64,000 nucleotides of DNA from Eledone cirrhosa (GCA_964016885.1 OZ024761.1:27776001-27840000); one strand, 5' to 3'; positions 1-15,363 are shown, numbered from the stretch's first letter. The notes: generated from the letters alone by a model not told the origin. Numbers and translations are program-made.

Positions 1-472
1 GGAATACTGGTGGAACCTGAAAATAAAAACTGCCACCAAATTAAAGCACAACCGGCCTGATATTGTAGTTTGGGACCACACATTGAAAACGTGTTCTGTT
101 GTGGAGATCAGCTGCCCACTTGATGTAAACGTTGTCAGAAAAATACAGGAGAAGGAGGACATCTACGGACCATTGATGAGGAGCTTACAAATCCAGTATC
201 CAAGATACACCTTTAGCTTCATACCCATAATTATTGGTGCTACGGGTTATATACCAACCCGCTTGGACCAAAGTATGACCGAACTTGGATTTGCGGACAA
301 AAAGCGCAGCTCCCTAATTCATAGTCTACAAATGGCTGCGATAGCTGGCACCTTCAAAATATGCAAAACATTCTTGCGATTCAAGGGATGACAATTTCTT
401 TTCTTTTACAACCTTGCCACCAGGAAGGTGGCCGGTCAAAAAAATATACTCGAAATTAAGAGAAAGAGAAAA
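1..472 (+). mobile_element. 3' end of R4/Dong-like non-LTR retrotransposon (restriction-like endonuclease domain + 3' UTR)
   Basis: Frame from base 2 reads EYWWNLKIKTATKLKHNRPDIVVWD...VVEISCP...EKEDIY...IPIIIGATG (RPD..E..K..KY pattern of RLE domains); stop at 391; short UTR runs into a (TACA)n tract. Confidence 0.85.
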
Positions 473-617
473 CATATACATACATATATACATACATACA
501 TACATACATATATATACATACTTACATATATATATATATACTTACATAATACTTACATACATACATACATACGTACGTACATACATACATACATACATAC
601 ATACATACATACATACA

Positions 618-653
<36 letters not shown>

Positions 654-810
654 TACATACTTACATATATATACTTACATAATACTTACATACATACGTA
701 CGTACATACATACATACACACATACATACATACATATATATATATATATACATACTTACATAATACTTACATACATACATACGTACGTACATATATTTAT
801 ACATAGATAC
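473..810. repeat. (TACA)n compound microsatellite
   Basis: Direct reading, with recurring interruptions cttacataatacttacatac and acgtacgtac. Confidence 0.95.
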
Positions 811-906
811 ATACGCACACACTCACAGGCGTAGGCGTACATATATGTATATGCTTGTTAGTGTGTGTGTGTGTGTGTGTGTCTAGGTAAACATGGGTAT
901 ATATCT

Positions 907-964
<58 letters not shown>

Positions 965-1079
965 GTGTGCCTGTGTGTAAGTCTTCTGTCAAGATGAAAC
1001 AACGCTGGTGTTGAAATAAGATGATTGACAGCAGGTAGGACAGTAAGAGAATTTTTACACAAAAAAATCTGCTGCTCCT

Positions 1080-1126
1080 GCTACTACTACGACTACTACT
1101 ACTACTACTACTACTACTATTACTAT

Positions 1127-1169
<43 letters not shown>

Positions 1170-1222
1170 GCTGCTAATTCCACCACTGCCACAACGGCCA
1201 GCAACACCATCACCATCTCCAC

Positions 1223-1260
<38 letters not shown>

Positions 1261-1270
1261 CCACTACTAC
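1080..1270. repeat. (ACT)n/(ATC)n trinucleotide tract
   Basis: Direct reading. Confidence 0.9.
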
Positions 1271-1346
1271 TGAAATGGCTCCATTACGTGTTCTGAATGA
1301 ATACCAAATCAACTTCTAAAGACATCCTCACTCATCAGACTGTCCC

Positions 1347-1399
1347 ATATATATATATATATATATGCATATATATATAGGTATACATATATATATATG

Positions 1400-1430
<31 letters not shown>

Positions 1431-1571
1431 GTATATATACATGTATATATATGTATATATGTATATATATATACATATATATATATGAATATATAATATA
1501 TATATATATGAATATATAATATATATATATATATGATTATATACATATATATATATATGATTATATACATA

Positions 1572-1614
<43 letters not shown>

Positions 1615-1921
1615 GAATATATACATATATATATATATATATGAATATATACATATATATATATATATATATATGAATATATACATATATATATATGAAT
1701 ATATACATATATATATATATATATATGAATATATACATATATATATATATATATGAATATATACATATATAAATATATATATATGAATATATACATATAT
1801 AAATATATATATATGAATATATACATATATATATATATATATATGAATATATACATATATATATATATATGAATATATACATATATATATGAATATATAC
1901 ATATATATATATATATATATA

Positions 1922-2010
<89 letters not shown>

Positions 2011-2198
2011 TATAAATGAAATAAAGTCTAGAATGATGAATAAAATATGTCACCGTATAGATTAGCATCCTTCTCATCTCTGTTGAACGTCGAAGACTTA
2101 CAGATAGAACGGATAAAATAATACGAACAAGGCCGACCAAAAGGATAGTTACCCGGCAAAATAAAAATCATGCATATGAATGGGTGTTGTATATATAA

Positions 2199-2262
<64 letters not shown>

Positions 2263-2381
2263 TTATATTTATATATATCTGCTTTTATATATTTATATAT
2301 GTATATATGCTTATATATATATATATATATATGCTTATATTTATATATATATGCTTTTATATATTTATATATGTATATATG

Positions 2382-2414
<33 letters not shown>

Positions 2415-2549
2415 TTATATTTATATATATATGCTTTTATATATTTATATATGTATATATGCTTATATATATCTATATATATATATATATATATATATAT
2501 GGTTATATTTATATATATATGCTTTTATATATTTATATATGTATATATG

Positions 2550-2628
<79 letters not shown>

Positions 2629-2672
2629 TATATACCCTATATATACACACATTTATGTATATAACCATATAT
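1347..2672. repeat. (TA)n-derived microsatellite/minisatellite field
   Basis: TA tracts with recurring gaatatatac and gcttttatatattt units; a non-repeat gap at about 2015-2190. Confidence 0.9.
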
Positions 2673-2888
2673 AGATTTTGGCTGAAAGTGAGAGTGGGTG
2701 CGTGTCAGATAGATGGCCAACGATAAAGATATAATAGAAGCCATCATCACCAATCCTAAACACTATTTATGTCTCTTTATTAGATGTGATCTGAACTGTA
2801 GACGCTGGTAGAGCTTCTATAGAACTGATCTAATAACAATAATATTGATAATAGTAATAATAATAATAATAATACTGATTATGATAAT

Positions 2889-3243
2889 GATTTCTTTATT
2901 GGCCACAAGGGCTGACATCAAGAAAAACATTACAGACGGCACAGGACGGTACAGGACGGTACGATGTGGGTTTTGTGCGTGTAAATATTTTTATTATTTA
3001 TATAAGAAGAGGAAAAAAAGGACATAGAAACATATATATATATATATGTATAAACAATAAAAATGAAAATTGAAACAATGAAAAATTCCCCAATAGGGGG
3101 GAAACCTCCGAGGGTTACTCGTGGCGAAAACCACACAAAAGACCACGGCCACCCTGACCACCAGGGCAAGCGCCCTCTCTCAATTTTTCCATCTCTCAAA
3201 CAACAGACGTATATTCAGAGTGGTCCCGTTCACTCGGACCATT
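2889..3243 (-). mobile_element. Tx1/L1-like LINE 3' end, subfamily B
   Basis: Similar to the 3' UTR of the adjacent subfamily A copy (aaaaattccccaataggggg, ccctgaccaccagggcaag); near-identical to the reverse complement of 41077-41211; ends in an (ATT)n tract. Confidence 0.75.
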
Positions 3244-3254
3244 ATGATAATAAT

Positions 3255-3817
3255 ACTTTCTTTATTAACCACAAAGGTTTACATAAAGTAGACATTAAGG
3301 ACAGTACAGGACAATACAGGACGGTACAAATGAGCATTTCTGCGTGTAAAAAAACAAAAACAGAGGATGTAATAAAAATATCAATGAAAAATTCCCCAAT
3401 AGGGGGGAGACTTCGGAGGGACATTTGTGGAGAAAGCCCATTAAAAGGCCACAGTGACCCTGACCACCAGGGCAAGTGCCCTCTCCCAGTTTTCCACCTT
3501 TAATTTACAGACACATACTCAGAGTAGGCCCATTCACTCGGGCCATTCTTGCTTCTCTCACCCATCTTTCAACAAAATGCTGGGAAGAGAGCACTTCTCT
3601 CTCTAACCTGATTTTCGTTTTCAAATGAAATTTGAAAAAGTTAATCAGGGCATCACCGAAGAGGTAAGTGCTCGTCTTCAGCCCTTTCAAACGTGTCCAC
3701 CATACTATCTCTTTCGCCATGGCCACCAGACAGATAAAAACTGCCTGCCCTTCCCGGCTAAAGGAAGAGGGCGGGGCAATCCTCACGATGGACTCAGCTG
3801 ATAGCCGGATCCGTCCT
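3255..3817 (-). mobile_element. Tx1/L1-like LINE 3' end, subfamily A (ORF2 C-terminus + UTR)
   Basis: ORF 3505-3861(-) RLSAESIVRIAPP...KEIVWWTR...FVERW is near-identical to the ORF at 39019-39633. Confidence 0.8.
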
Positions 3818-5765
3818 GTGATCTCAAACTTCCTGAAACACGATATGTCATTATGGAACACAAATCTCCAATTGTCTCATTCCACTGGGGTACTGTGCTC
3901 TAGGAATATAAACATTAACTGTGGTATATTCCAGGGTGACTCACTTTTACCCTTGCTTTTCTGCATAGCTTTAATACACCTTACATCCGAACTTAATAGA
4001 ACAGGGTACGGTTATAGAATTGATAACAAGAAAATAAGCCACCTATTTTATATGGATGATTTGAAGCTATATTGCAAAGATAATGACGAACTGGAGGGTC
4101 TTTTGCGGACAGTAAAAACGTTTAGCGATGACATCAGGATGGAGTTTGGACTTGACAAGTATGCACAAGCCATTTTCAAGAAGGGGAAGCTTGTCAACAC
4201 AAACTCAGTTGAATTGGATGCTGAAACAATCATAAAGGAACTTGAGCAGGAACAAACCTATAAATACTTAGGGATTAATGAGGGCTCTGGCATACAGCAT
4301 GCAAGTATGAAAGAGAGGATAAGGAAAGAATGTTACAGGAGAGTACGTGCAGTTCTGAGATCAAAACTAAACGCTCTTAACAAGTGCTAACCATAAATTT
4401 CTTGGCAGTCCCAGTTGTCACTTATAACTTCGGTGTGTTGAACTGGAATATGAGTGAAATCAAAAGAATCGTCACCCAAGTCCGTAAGCTACTGACCTGT
4501 AATAGGATGCACCACCCAAAAGCAGATGTGGATCGTCTTTACCTTCCTAGAACTCAAGGAGGCCGTGGCCTGATCCAATTTGAACTAGCTTACAAGACCA
4601 CCATCATTGGACTGGCCAAATACCTTGAAACAACTAACGACTGTATGCTGAAACTTGTTGAAAAGCATGAGAGAAGTAAGAAGCTTCATTCTATTTTGAA
4701 GGAGAGCAAAAAATATGCTACTGATCTCATGCTTGATACCCAGGCTGGACAGACTAAAGAAACTGTTGCAACTGATGCTGCTAGGCACATAAAATCACTG
4801 GCAAAAGCAAAAGGGCAAGGACAATTAGAAAAAATTGGGAGCAGAAACCTCTGCATGGCAAATATGTGGCCCGTAGCAAACAAGCTGATGTTGACCAAAA
4901 GCACAGCCATCAGTAGCTACGTAGTTCAGGGCTAAAATCGGAGAGTGAAGGCTTAATCTTAGCTGCCCAAGACCAAAGCTTATGAACTCGTAATTACCAG
5001 GTCAATGTGATGAGAAACGGAATAAACCCAGATTCTGCAATGCTGAGGTTGAAACAGTGGATCACTTAGTCTCAGGATGTAAAGTTTTAGTACCAGTAGA
5101 ATACAAATATAGACATGACAGAGTTGGCCAATATCTACACTGGGTAATATGTCGGCATTACAAAATCAAAGCTGAAGACAAGTGGTACAATCATCACCCT
5201 GAGGCTGTAACTCAAGGAGAAAAAGTAACAATTCTCTGGGACTTTCCTGTACACACTGACAGGACCATAAAAGCAAATAGACCTGACATCATTGTAAAAA
5301 ATCAACATAACAAGGTCTGTTTATTGATAGATATGAGCATCCCATGTGATCACAATATCGCGGCAAAAGAATTTGACAAGCTACGAAAATATAAAGATCT
5401 GCTTATTGAAATTGAGAAAATGTGGCACCTCAAGGCCGTTACAATACCAGTGATTGTGGGAAGTCTGGGAATGATCAAGAAAGGACAGAACAATATTTGC
5501 GAATGATTCCTGGTTTACCCTCTCTGCACGAGGTGCAAAAAATTGTTTTAACTGGTACTGCACACGTATCTCTGTAAGATTGATATCCCTCCTTGTATTT
5601 ACATATGCATATGCACTTGTGTATACTGTTTTTTTTTGTTTTGTTTTTTAAATTATAATCAATGTGCTGTATTAACTGGCTTACCAATGCACACATGCAT
5701 TTATTTGCCCTAGGTGTCAGGAAGACACTCGGCATATATCTCAGAAACAATAATGAAAGAAAATA
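3815..5765 (+). mobile_element. 5'-truncated, frameshifted R4/Dong-like retrotransposon (RT, remnant CCHC, RLE)
   Basis: GIFQGDSLLP, HLFYMDDLKLY, FGLDK, YKYLG, HPKADVDRLYLPRTQGGRGL, RHDRVGQYLHW, ILWDFPVHTD..ANRPDIIV, K..KYKDL spread over several frames; ends in a TAA-like tail. Confidence 0.92.
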
Positions 5766-5776
5766 AAAATGATAAC

Positions 5777-5968
5777 AATTGTTTCTACTTTTGGCACAAG
5801 GCCTGCAATTATCCCAGTGTATTACTGGTACTTTATTATATCGACCCCGTAAGGATGAAAGGCAAAGTTAACCTCTGCGGGTTTTGAACTCAGAATGGCA
5901 AGGGCCGTAACTCAATACGTCAAAGCATGGCGTCCGACCCTCTACCGATACTGCCAATCCACCGCCCT
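5777..5968 (-). mobile_element. tRNA-derived SINE (main family)
   Basis: Reverse complement of the ~190 bp unit GGCGGTGGATTGGCAGTATCGG...GAGTTCAAA...CTTTGCCTTTCATCCTTACGGGGTCGAT...CCTTGTGCCAAAAGTAGAAACAATT. Confidence 0.9.
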
Positions 5969-6099
5969 ATACCTATACATAAAAATGATAATAATAATAA
6001 GGATAATTAGAATTCTGCCTGATTGTTCATTGTCATTAGGTTTCATAATGTAGCTTGGATAATGTTTTTTGAGCGCTTACATGTCTATAGGTCTCCGTT

Positions 6100-6410
6100 T
6101 TTCACTCTGTCTGTGTGTCTGTCCCTCTGTGTATTTGTCAATCTCTGTCTGTGTCTCACTCTCTCTCTGTCTCTCTCGTTGCTTGTCTCTCTCTATCTTT
6201 GTCTGTCTGTCTGTCTATCTGTCTTTGTCAGTCTGTGTCTGTGTCTCACTCTCTGTCTCTCTCTCTCCTGCTGTCCTTGTCTGTCTCTCTGCTTGTCTCT
6301 CTCTCTCTCCCCGTCTATGTCAGTCTGCCCTTCTCTCTCTGTCTGTGTCAGTCTGTCTTTGTGTGAGATTCTCTCTCTCTCCCTCTCCCTCTCTCTCTCT
6401 CTCTATCTTT
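6100..6410. repeat. Degenerate CT/GT-rich low-complexity tract
   Basis: Direct reading. Confidence 0.8.
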
Positions 6411-6414
6411 GTAA

Positions 6415-6900
6415 ATACACATTAATAAAATAGAAGCATACTTACACACACACATATTAAAAGTACACCTCCACACATATAGATACATACACGTTAAGAT
6501 AATAGAACCACGCACATACACACATACATTAAAAGTACACCTCTATAGCTACACATATAGATACATACACATTAATAAAATAGAACCACACACACACACA
6601 AATACACATTAATAAAAAAAAAACGACTATAGGACTATAGCTACACACATATAGATACATACACGTTAAGATAATAGAACTACACACACACACACACACA
6701 CATACATTAAAAGTACACCTCTATAGCTACACACATATAGATACATACACATTAATAAAATAGAACCACACACACACACAAATACACATTAATAAAAAAA
6801 AAACGACTCTAGGACTATAGCTACACACATATAGATACATACACGTTAAGATAATAGAACCACGCACACAAACACACACACACACACACATTAAAAGAAC
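6415..6900. repeat. Tandem repeat, ~180 bp period with related subunits
   Basis: ctctatagctacac...gatacatacacattaataaaatagaaccac recurs at 6541 and 6721. Confidence 0.85.
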
Positions 6901-7169
6901 ACGTGTATAGAGGGATACATATATTCTATATACACATACACCAGCAGTTCTATGAAGTCGACACATTAGTCTCACACATTAGCAAGCCGTCTATCTGACA
7001 CGAAGAGCCTGTCAAAATGTCCCACGTCAGCGAATGGTTCACTATCGACTGTCCGAGCTATTTATTGCGTGTAAGCCACTTCCGGCCAGCTAGGTTGGCA
7101 ACTGGCAGCACCTACATCCGTCTTTTAATGAAACTATACACAAGTGAATTCACATTAAATGAAAAACAT

Positions 7170-7455
7170 AGAGACATACAGATACACATACAGATACAGA
7201 AAGACGTACAGATACACATACAGATACAGATGCACATACAGATACAGAAAGACGTACAGATACACATACAGATACAGATGCACATACAGATACAGAAAGA
7301 CGTACAGATACACATACAGATACAGAAAGACGTACAGATACACATACAGATACAGAAAGACGTACAGATACACATACACATACAGATACAGAAAGACGTA
7401 CAGATACACATACAGATACAGATGCACATACAGATACAGAAAGACGTACAGATAC
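7170..7455. repeat. Hexamer-based minisatellite (cagata/cacata/cagaaa/gacgta)
   Basis: Direct reading. Confidence 0.9.
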
Positions 7456-7507
7456 TCATAAACACACTTACAGAGAAACACACTTACAGAGAGACACACT
7501 TACACAT

Positions 7508-7582
<75 letters not shown>

Positions 7583-7664
7583 GAAAGGTACTTGCAGATA
7601 GAAACCTTTATGCATGAATAGGTGTATGAGTGATTTCGTACGATCGTGGCAAACACACACACAT

Positions 7665-7754
<90 letters not shown>

Positions 7755-7769
7755 ATATATGTATATGTA

Positions 7770-7810
<41 letters not shown>

Positions 7811-7915
7811 CTATATATGTGTATGTATATATGTACATATTTACACACATATATATATATATATACATACACATATATATATATATACATATGAATATAT
7901 ATATATATATATATA

Positions 7916-7990
7916 GTAAAAAATTGAACGGGAACAAAACAGAGAGGCAGTACGAACAAAGGTTTATTAGTTTCACCCATATACACACAC
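7916..7990 (-). mobile_element. Short terminal fragment of the Penelope-like family at 60372
   Basis: aaaaattgaacgggaacaaaacagagaggcagtac...aaggtttattagtttcac matches 60375-60432; flanked by (TA)n. Confidence 0.65.
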
Positions 7991-8046
<56 letters not shown>

Positions 8047-8183
8047 GTGTATGTATATGGGGGTGTATGTATATGAGTGTGTATGTATATATATATATAT
8101 ATATTTGAATTTGTCAAAATATGTCAGCATGATTTATATGGTTATACACATTATAGACCTAGATTCATTAATATATATATACG

Positions 8184-8240
<57 letters not shown>

Positions 8241-8418
8241 CCATCAGAATGTATGGAATATACGGTGTACGTATTAAGAATGTGTGTATGTGTGTACCTC
8301 CGTGTTTTAGTAATATTTATGTAGAACGATAGCAGAGTAACAGGAAATGAGTGGTGGTGGTCCTGGGTGGGTCATATGCCGAATTGGCAAATACGTCATG
8401 GAAGTCATTTGCTTCTTT

Positions 8419-8478
<60 letters not shown>

Positions 8479-8561
8479 TTATGTATATATATATGTATGT
8501 ATATATATAGATATATATACATATATATATATATAGTCATACTATATATATATATATACAT

Positions 8562-8623
<62 letters not shown>

Positions 8624-8635
8624 ATATCTCTATAT

Positions 8636-8693
<58 letters not shown>

Positions 8694-8732
8694 ACATATA
8701 TATACATATCTATATATATGTGTGTGTGTATG

Positions 8733-8770
<38 letters not shown>

Positions 8771-8859
8771 GATATGTATATATATATATCATTATATATA
8801 TATATATGAGACACAGAGAGAGAGAGAGAGAGTACACGTACATATTCATATATATATAT

Positions 8860-8964
<105 letters not shown>

Positions 8965-9108
8965 CATCGATGCACATATTTATTGGTAAATATGCATAGA
9001 CATCACCCCTGACATGTATATATATATATATATGCATTGATACATTCACCTTTGGTATATATGCATACCAATCACCTCCACATGTACACATACCTCACAT
9101 GTAGATAC

Positions 9109-9144
<36 letters not shown>

Positions 9145-9186
9145 ATATATATATATATATACATATATATATGTATATATATATAC

Positions 9187-9282
<96 letters not shown>

Positions 9283-9448
9283 CCAAATGATGTGACCTTA
9301 CTTACTATTTTCGTTTACTTCCAACAAATCATTGTGTCTGCACGTCAGTCACCAATTTTTATACATACTTTCACTGTAATGTGAATAAGGCGATTTACAT
9401 AAAGAGGCCATATAGACTTTCAACACTACACACACACACACACACATC

Positions 9449-9494
<46 letters not shown>

Positions 9495-9506
<12 letters not shown>

Positions 9507-9549
9507 TAGAGCTATGTATATACACGTGTGCATATATCCATATATATCT

Positions 9550-9588
<39 letters not shown>

Positions 9589-9707
9589 TAGAGCTATGTA
9601 TATACACGTGTGCATATATCCATATATATCTATACATATATATATATATATATATATATGCACATAGAGCTATGTATATACACGTGTGCACATATCCATA
9701 AATATCT

Positions 9708-9715
<8 letters not shown>
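9495..9715. repeat. Three tandem copies of a ~55 bp unit separated by variable (TA)n
   Basis: gcacatagagctatgtatatacacgtgtgcatatatcca near 9502, 9584 and 9660. Confidence 0.9.
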
Positions 9716-9772
<57 letters not shown>

Positions 9773-9774
9773 TA

Positions 9775-9890
<116 letters not shown>

Positions 9891-10236
9891 TATGCATATA
9901 CAGGTATGTACTAATGTATATATGCATGTAGAGGTATATATGTACCGGTATATGTGTGCGCGTGTGATGAGAGAGATATTGCGTTACAGGGAGAAAGAAA
10001 GAGATGTAGAATTAGACATGAATAGGTATGTGTATGTATGTGTGTTTGTGCCTCTGTGTGTGTGCGTGTGTGTGTGTGCGTGTGTGTGTGTGGGTGTGGG
10101 TGTGAATTGTTTAGTGTGTCTGCGTGTGTCTGTGAATTGTTTAAGTGTGTGTATTGCGTGAGGAGTACGCCGTCACTTCGCTGCGGTTTCATGTCATCAA
10201 ACATAAAACTGATGAAATGTAACGATGTTTCCCACT

Positions 10237-10322
<86 letters not shown>

Positions 10323-10477
10323 GTGTGTGTGTGTGTAAATAGGGAGAGAGAGAGAGAGAGATCTGAAACTGTCACACCTGGTACCTCCTGCCAAAATATA
10401 TAGGGCAGTTTGTAAAGCTTGATTAGTTGGCTGTTCTTTCCGTGTTTTCTTCTTGTAACTAGTGGAAGTGGTGTTGG

Positions 10478-10509
<32 letters not shown>

Positions 10510-11550
10510 GCGGTGGAGGTAGTGGTAGTGTTTATTGTGATGGTTTTGTTATTAAATGTATGTTAGACGTTTCGTATTGTACCAGCTTTGTTTTTCTTGA
10601 AAAATGTTTTCTAAAGACGCTTCCTTTGGAACAGACTAAGTATATCTTGGCGTGACCATTACACCGTTGAAGAGGTCACAGAATGTGTCACGCCAAATAT
10701 TCTACGAGACACCAAGCCTCGTCGTCAGAAAGTTAATCATGAAGATTGTGAATATAGAATGTAGAACTATTTCACACAAACACACCAAGGGAAATTAACA
10801 AAGAAATCTTCCATAACATTGTTAGACATGAAAATAATATGTAGGTGACCATGTTTAGCGTTCGTTTGAAAGAAATACGCCATTTTTAAAAATGGACGTC
10901 TGAGAGTTAAAACCAAACGCACCAGGATAAGTTGATGAATCTTTCAAGAGATCAAAACGTCTGCCACTGTTCGTTAGTCCCACAACCCAGCCTAAATCGA
11001 TCAGAGATATTAACATATGTAATCCGAGCCCTTTCCAATCTAGAGTACATCCAGTTTATCATCATAAATCAGCGCCTTCTTTCCGAAGGCACATATGTCT
11101 AATTTAATGTGAATATGAAGCACACTGTTTCTAATAGTACGAGGGACCGCATGTAGACACTTCATTATTTGGAGATGAAGAATTCATCACAACATGGTGT
11201 ACATAATTCCAGCTGGGGTGTTATACGTTCATCGATGAATGATTTTCCTGGCTAAAGACAAAGTACTGACGATTCAAATCGTTCACATCTCAGCTGGTTG
11301 TCCACTGGTTTATCCATTTGACCAACCTCAGTTGCTATACATCTAATATATATTGTTATATTACACGCTTAGGTTATATTAAAACTTTTATTGCATTAGT
11401 TTATCGCATATACATGTATATATATCTATATATAATATCTATATCTATATCTATCTTTATAAATATATACATGTATACGTATATATATGTGTGTGTGAGT
11501 GTATATATATATGTAGATATATATATATATATAGTTTTCTCACATGCATT

Positions 11551-11604
<54 letters not shown>

Positions 11605-11744
11605 AATCCATGTGAGACAACTTGGTCAGCAAGTGTATAGAGATACAAACGTTCTGAATCGAATAAACGCATTTTATAAGATACACATATGCCATATGCC
11701 CTATCTCACAGTCCATATCTGTCTCTCTCGCAGACACACACACA

Positions 11745-11845
11745 TATATTTACATGTATATGTTCATATATATATATATGAACATATATTTACATGTATA
11801 TGTTCATATATATATATATGAATATATATATATATATATGAATAT

Positions 11846-11926
<81 letters not shown>

Positions 11927-11941
11927 TCTATATGAATATTT

Positions 11942-11972
<31 letters not shown>

Positions 11973-12058
11973 GAATATATATATATATTCATATATATAT
12001 ATACATATATATATATGAATATATATATATTCATATATCATATTCAAATATATATGAT

Positions 12059-12128
<70 letters not shown>

Positions 12129-12138
12129 TACATAAATA

Positions 12139-12221
<83 letters not shown>

Positions 12222-12224
12222 GTG

Positions 12225-12312
<88 letters not shown>

Positions 12313-12365
12313 TATACATATATATATACATATATATATATATGTACATATATATATATACACTC

Positions 12366-12415
<50 letters not shown>

Positions 12416-12417
12416 TC

Positions 12418-12487
<70 letters not shown>

Positions 12488-12869
12488 TCATATATATATA
12501 TATGTTCATATATATATATACACACACATATATATATATATATATATATGTACATATATATATACACATAGAGATATATATATATATATGTACATATATA
12601 TATATATATATATATATACAAATATATATATATATATATATACACACATACGTACCATCAGACTGTCACAATTTTGCAGATATGTTCCAAAAGATATCAT
12701 TTCTAATTTATTCTAATTGTTGGCAGTCTACCACGAATAGCGTTGTCATTCAGTTACAGATGAGGAGAGCATACGAAGTTAGGAACGCTCTTACTTTATT
12801 ACAAACTCTACATTCATATATATATATTAGATATATAAATATATATATATATAAACATATATATATATA

Positions 12870-12923
<54 letters not shown>

Positions 12924-12929
12924 TGTATA

Positions 12930-12980
<51 letters not shown>

Positions 12981-13027
12981 GTATATGTATATATGTATAT
13001 ATGTATATATATATGTATATATATATG

Positions 13028-13058
<31 letters not shown>

Positions 13059-13093
13059 GTATATGTATATATATATATATGTATATATATATG

Positions 13094-13164
<71 letters not shown>

Positions 13165-13165
13165 G

Positions 13166-13252
<87 letters not shown>

Positions 13253-13267
13253 ATATATGTATATATG

Positions 13268-13356
<89 letters not shown>

Positions 13357-13477
13357 GTATATATATATATATGTATATATATATGTATATGAATGCATAT
13401 ATATGTATATATGTATGAATATATATATGTATATATATGTATCTATATATATATGTATATATATATATATGTATATA

Positions 13478-13508
<31 letters not shown>

Positions 13509-13510
13509 TG
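11745..13510. repeat. Large (TA)n microsatellite fields
   Basis: Direct reading; short non-repeat gap at about 12650-12815. Confidence 0.95.
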
Positions 13511-13909
13511 TATATGCTTCTCACGCATATTTATTATTTATATACATGTGCTCTTTTAAGCTTAACATATAATTATTCTTAACAATTCGTGTGAACACCC
13601 AATACACACACACACACACACACACTCACCTACTCTCTCACACACACACATACACACGCTCTCTTGCACACATACTTACATATGCACACACTTTCACACA
13701 ACCACATCCACACACACACGTATATATCTCTCTCTCTATATATATAGACGTCTCTGTGTGTGTTTGTCTGTGTGTATATGCTACATTTCTTCCTTTATAT
13801 ATGTTTGGTTAAATCGAAGTTTGTACTCTCTATTTAAACTCAGTATGTATATCAGTCATTCTATATGTATATGTGTGATTCTATATGTGTGTATTAGTGT
13901 GTGTCTGTG

Positions 13910-13911
<2 letters not shown>

Positions 13912-13985
<74 letters not shown>

Positions 13986-14330
13986 TCGGTCTTTCTCTCG
14001 CTTGCTATCTCTCTCTCACTCGCTCTTTCTCTCGCTCTCTCTCACAATCTCTCTCTCCTTCGCTCTTTCTCTCGCTTGCTCTCTCTCTCTCTCTCTCCTT
14101 CGCTCTTTCTCTCTCTATCTATCTCTGTCTCTCTCTCTCCTTCGCTCTTTCTCTCTCTCTCTCTCCTTCTCTCTCTCTCGTACTCTCTCTCTTTCTCTCC
14201 CCCCTCTCTCTCTCTCTCTCTCTCTCTATGTTCTCTTTCCTTCGCTCTTTCTCTCTCTCGCTCGATCGCTCTCTCCCTCACACACTCTCTCTCTCGCACT
14301 CTCGCTCTTTCTCTCCCTCTCTCTCTCTCT
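13912..14330. repeat. (CT)n and degenerate CT tract
   Basis: Direct reading. Confidence 0.95.
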
Positions 14331-14552
14331 GTATGCGCGCGCATGTCTTATCAGCGATGCGAGGAAAATGCTCGAAAGCATTCTGATATATTCTAAGAGA
14401 AACACGACAGAGAGATGGAGCATGGAGCATGGAGCCTTCAACAGCACGGAGACTGATGAGAGCCAGTCAGCTGTAAATTACGATTCTCCTGTTGTTTCAC
14501 TCACGTCTTTTCCTTTCGTCGCCATTCTCGTGACGGGGTTGATGACGATGGT

Positions 14553-14710
14553 GATCATCATCATCATCATCATCATCATCGTCATCATCATCGTCATCAT
14601 CATCATCGTCAGCATCATCGTCATCATCATCGTCATCGTCATCATTGTCATCGTCATCATCATCGTCATCATCATCAACATCATCATCATCGCCATCGTC
14701 ATCGTCAACG

Positions 14711-14743
<33 letters not shown>

Positions 14744-14885
14744 CCGTCACCAACATCATCATCATCATCATCATCATCAACATCATCCTCATCATCATCA
14801 TCATCATCAACATCATCATCATCATCATCATCAACATCATCAACATCAACATCATCATCACCACCATCATCATCAACACCACCAC

Positions 14886-14922
<37 letters not shown>

Positions 14923-15122
14923 GTCATCAACATCGTCATCATCATCATCATCATTGTCATCGTCATCATTGTCATCATCATCATCATCAGTATCATGGAC
15001 GTCTTAGTCATTGTCGCTATGTTCATGATGAATAATGTCATCAACATCGTCATCGTCTTCGTCTTCGTCGCCATCTATAACTTTCTGGTCGTCATCATAG
15101 TCATCATCATCATCATCATCAT
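14553..15122. repeat. (ATC)n trinucleotide tract
   Basis: Direct reading. Confidence 0.95.
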
Positions 15123-15314
15123 TGCCGTGTTAGTTGCCATGATGTCAACCGATTCAACCAATAATAAACACGCTCAACCTCAAACGCCACCACCACCACC
15201 ACGACGACGACGACGACGACGACGACCACCACCACCACCACCACGACCACCACCACCACCACCACCACTATCAGCACCAGCACCACTACCACCACGACCA
15301 TCACCACCAGCACC

Positions 15315-15363
15315 ACCACCACCAACAACACTATCACTACTAACACTATACACCACCACCACC

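Noticed and set aside
3668-4390. ORF as a single intact gene
   Set aside because: Chimera of antisense Tx1-like sequence and a truncated R4-like RT.
9495-9715. Repeat-spacer pattern
   Set aside because: The spacers are only (TA)n of variable length.
14450-14482. CTGATGAG-stem resembling a hammerhead
   Set aside because: Followed by GTAAA rather than GAAA, with no stem I or III pairing.
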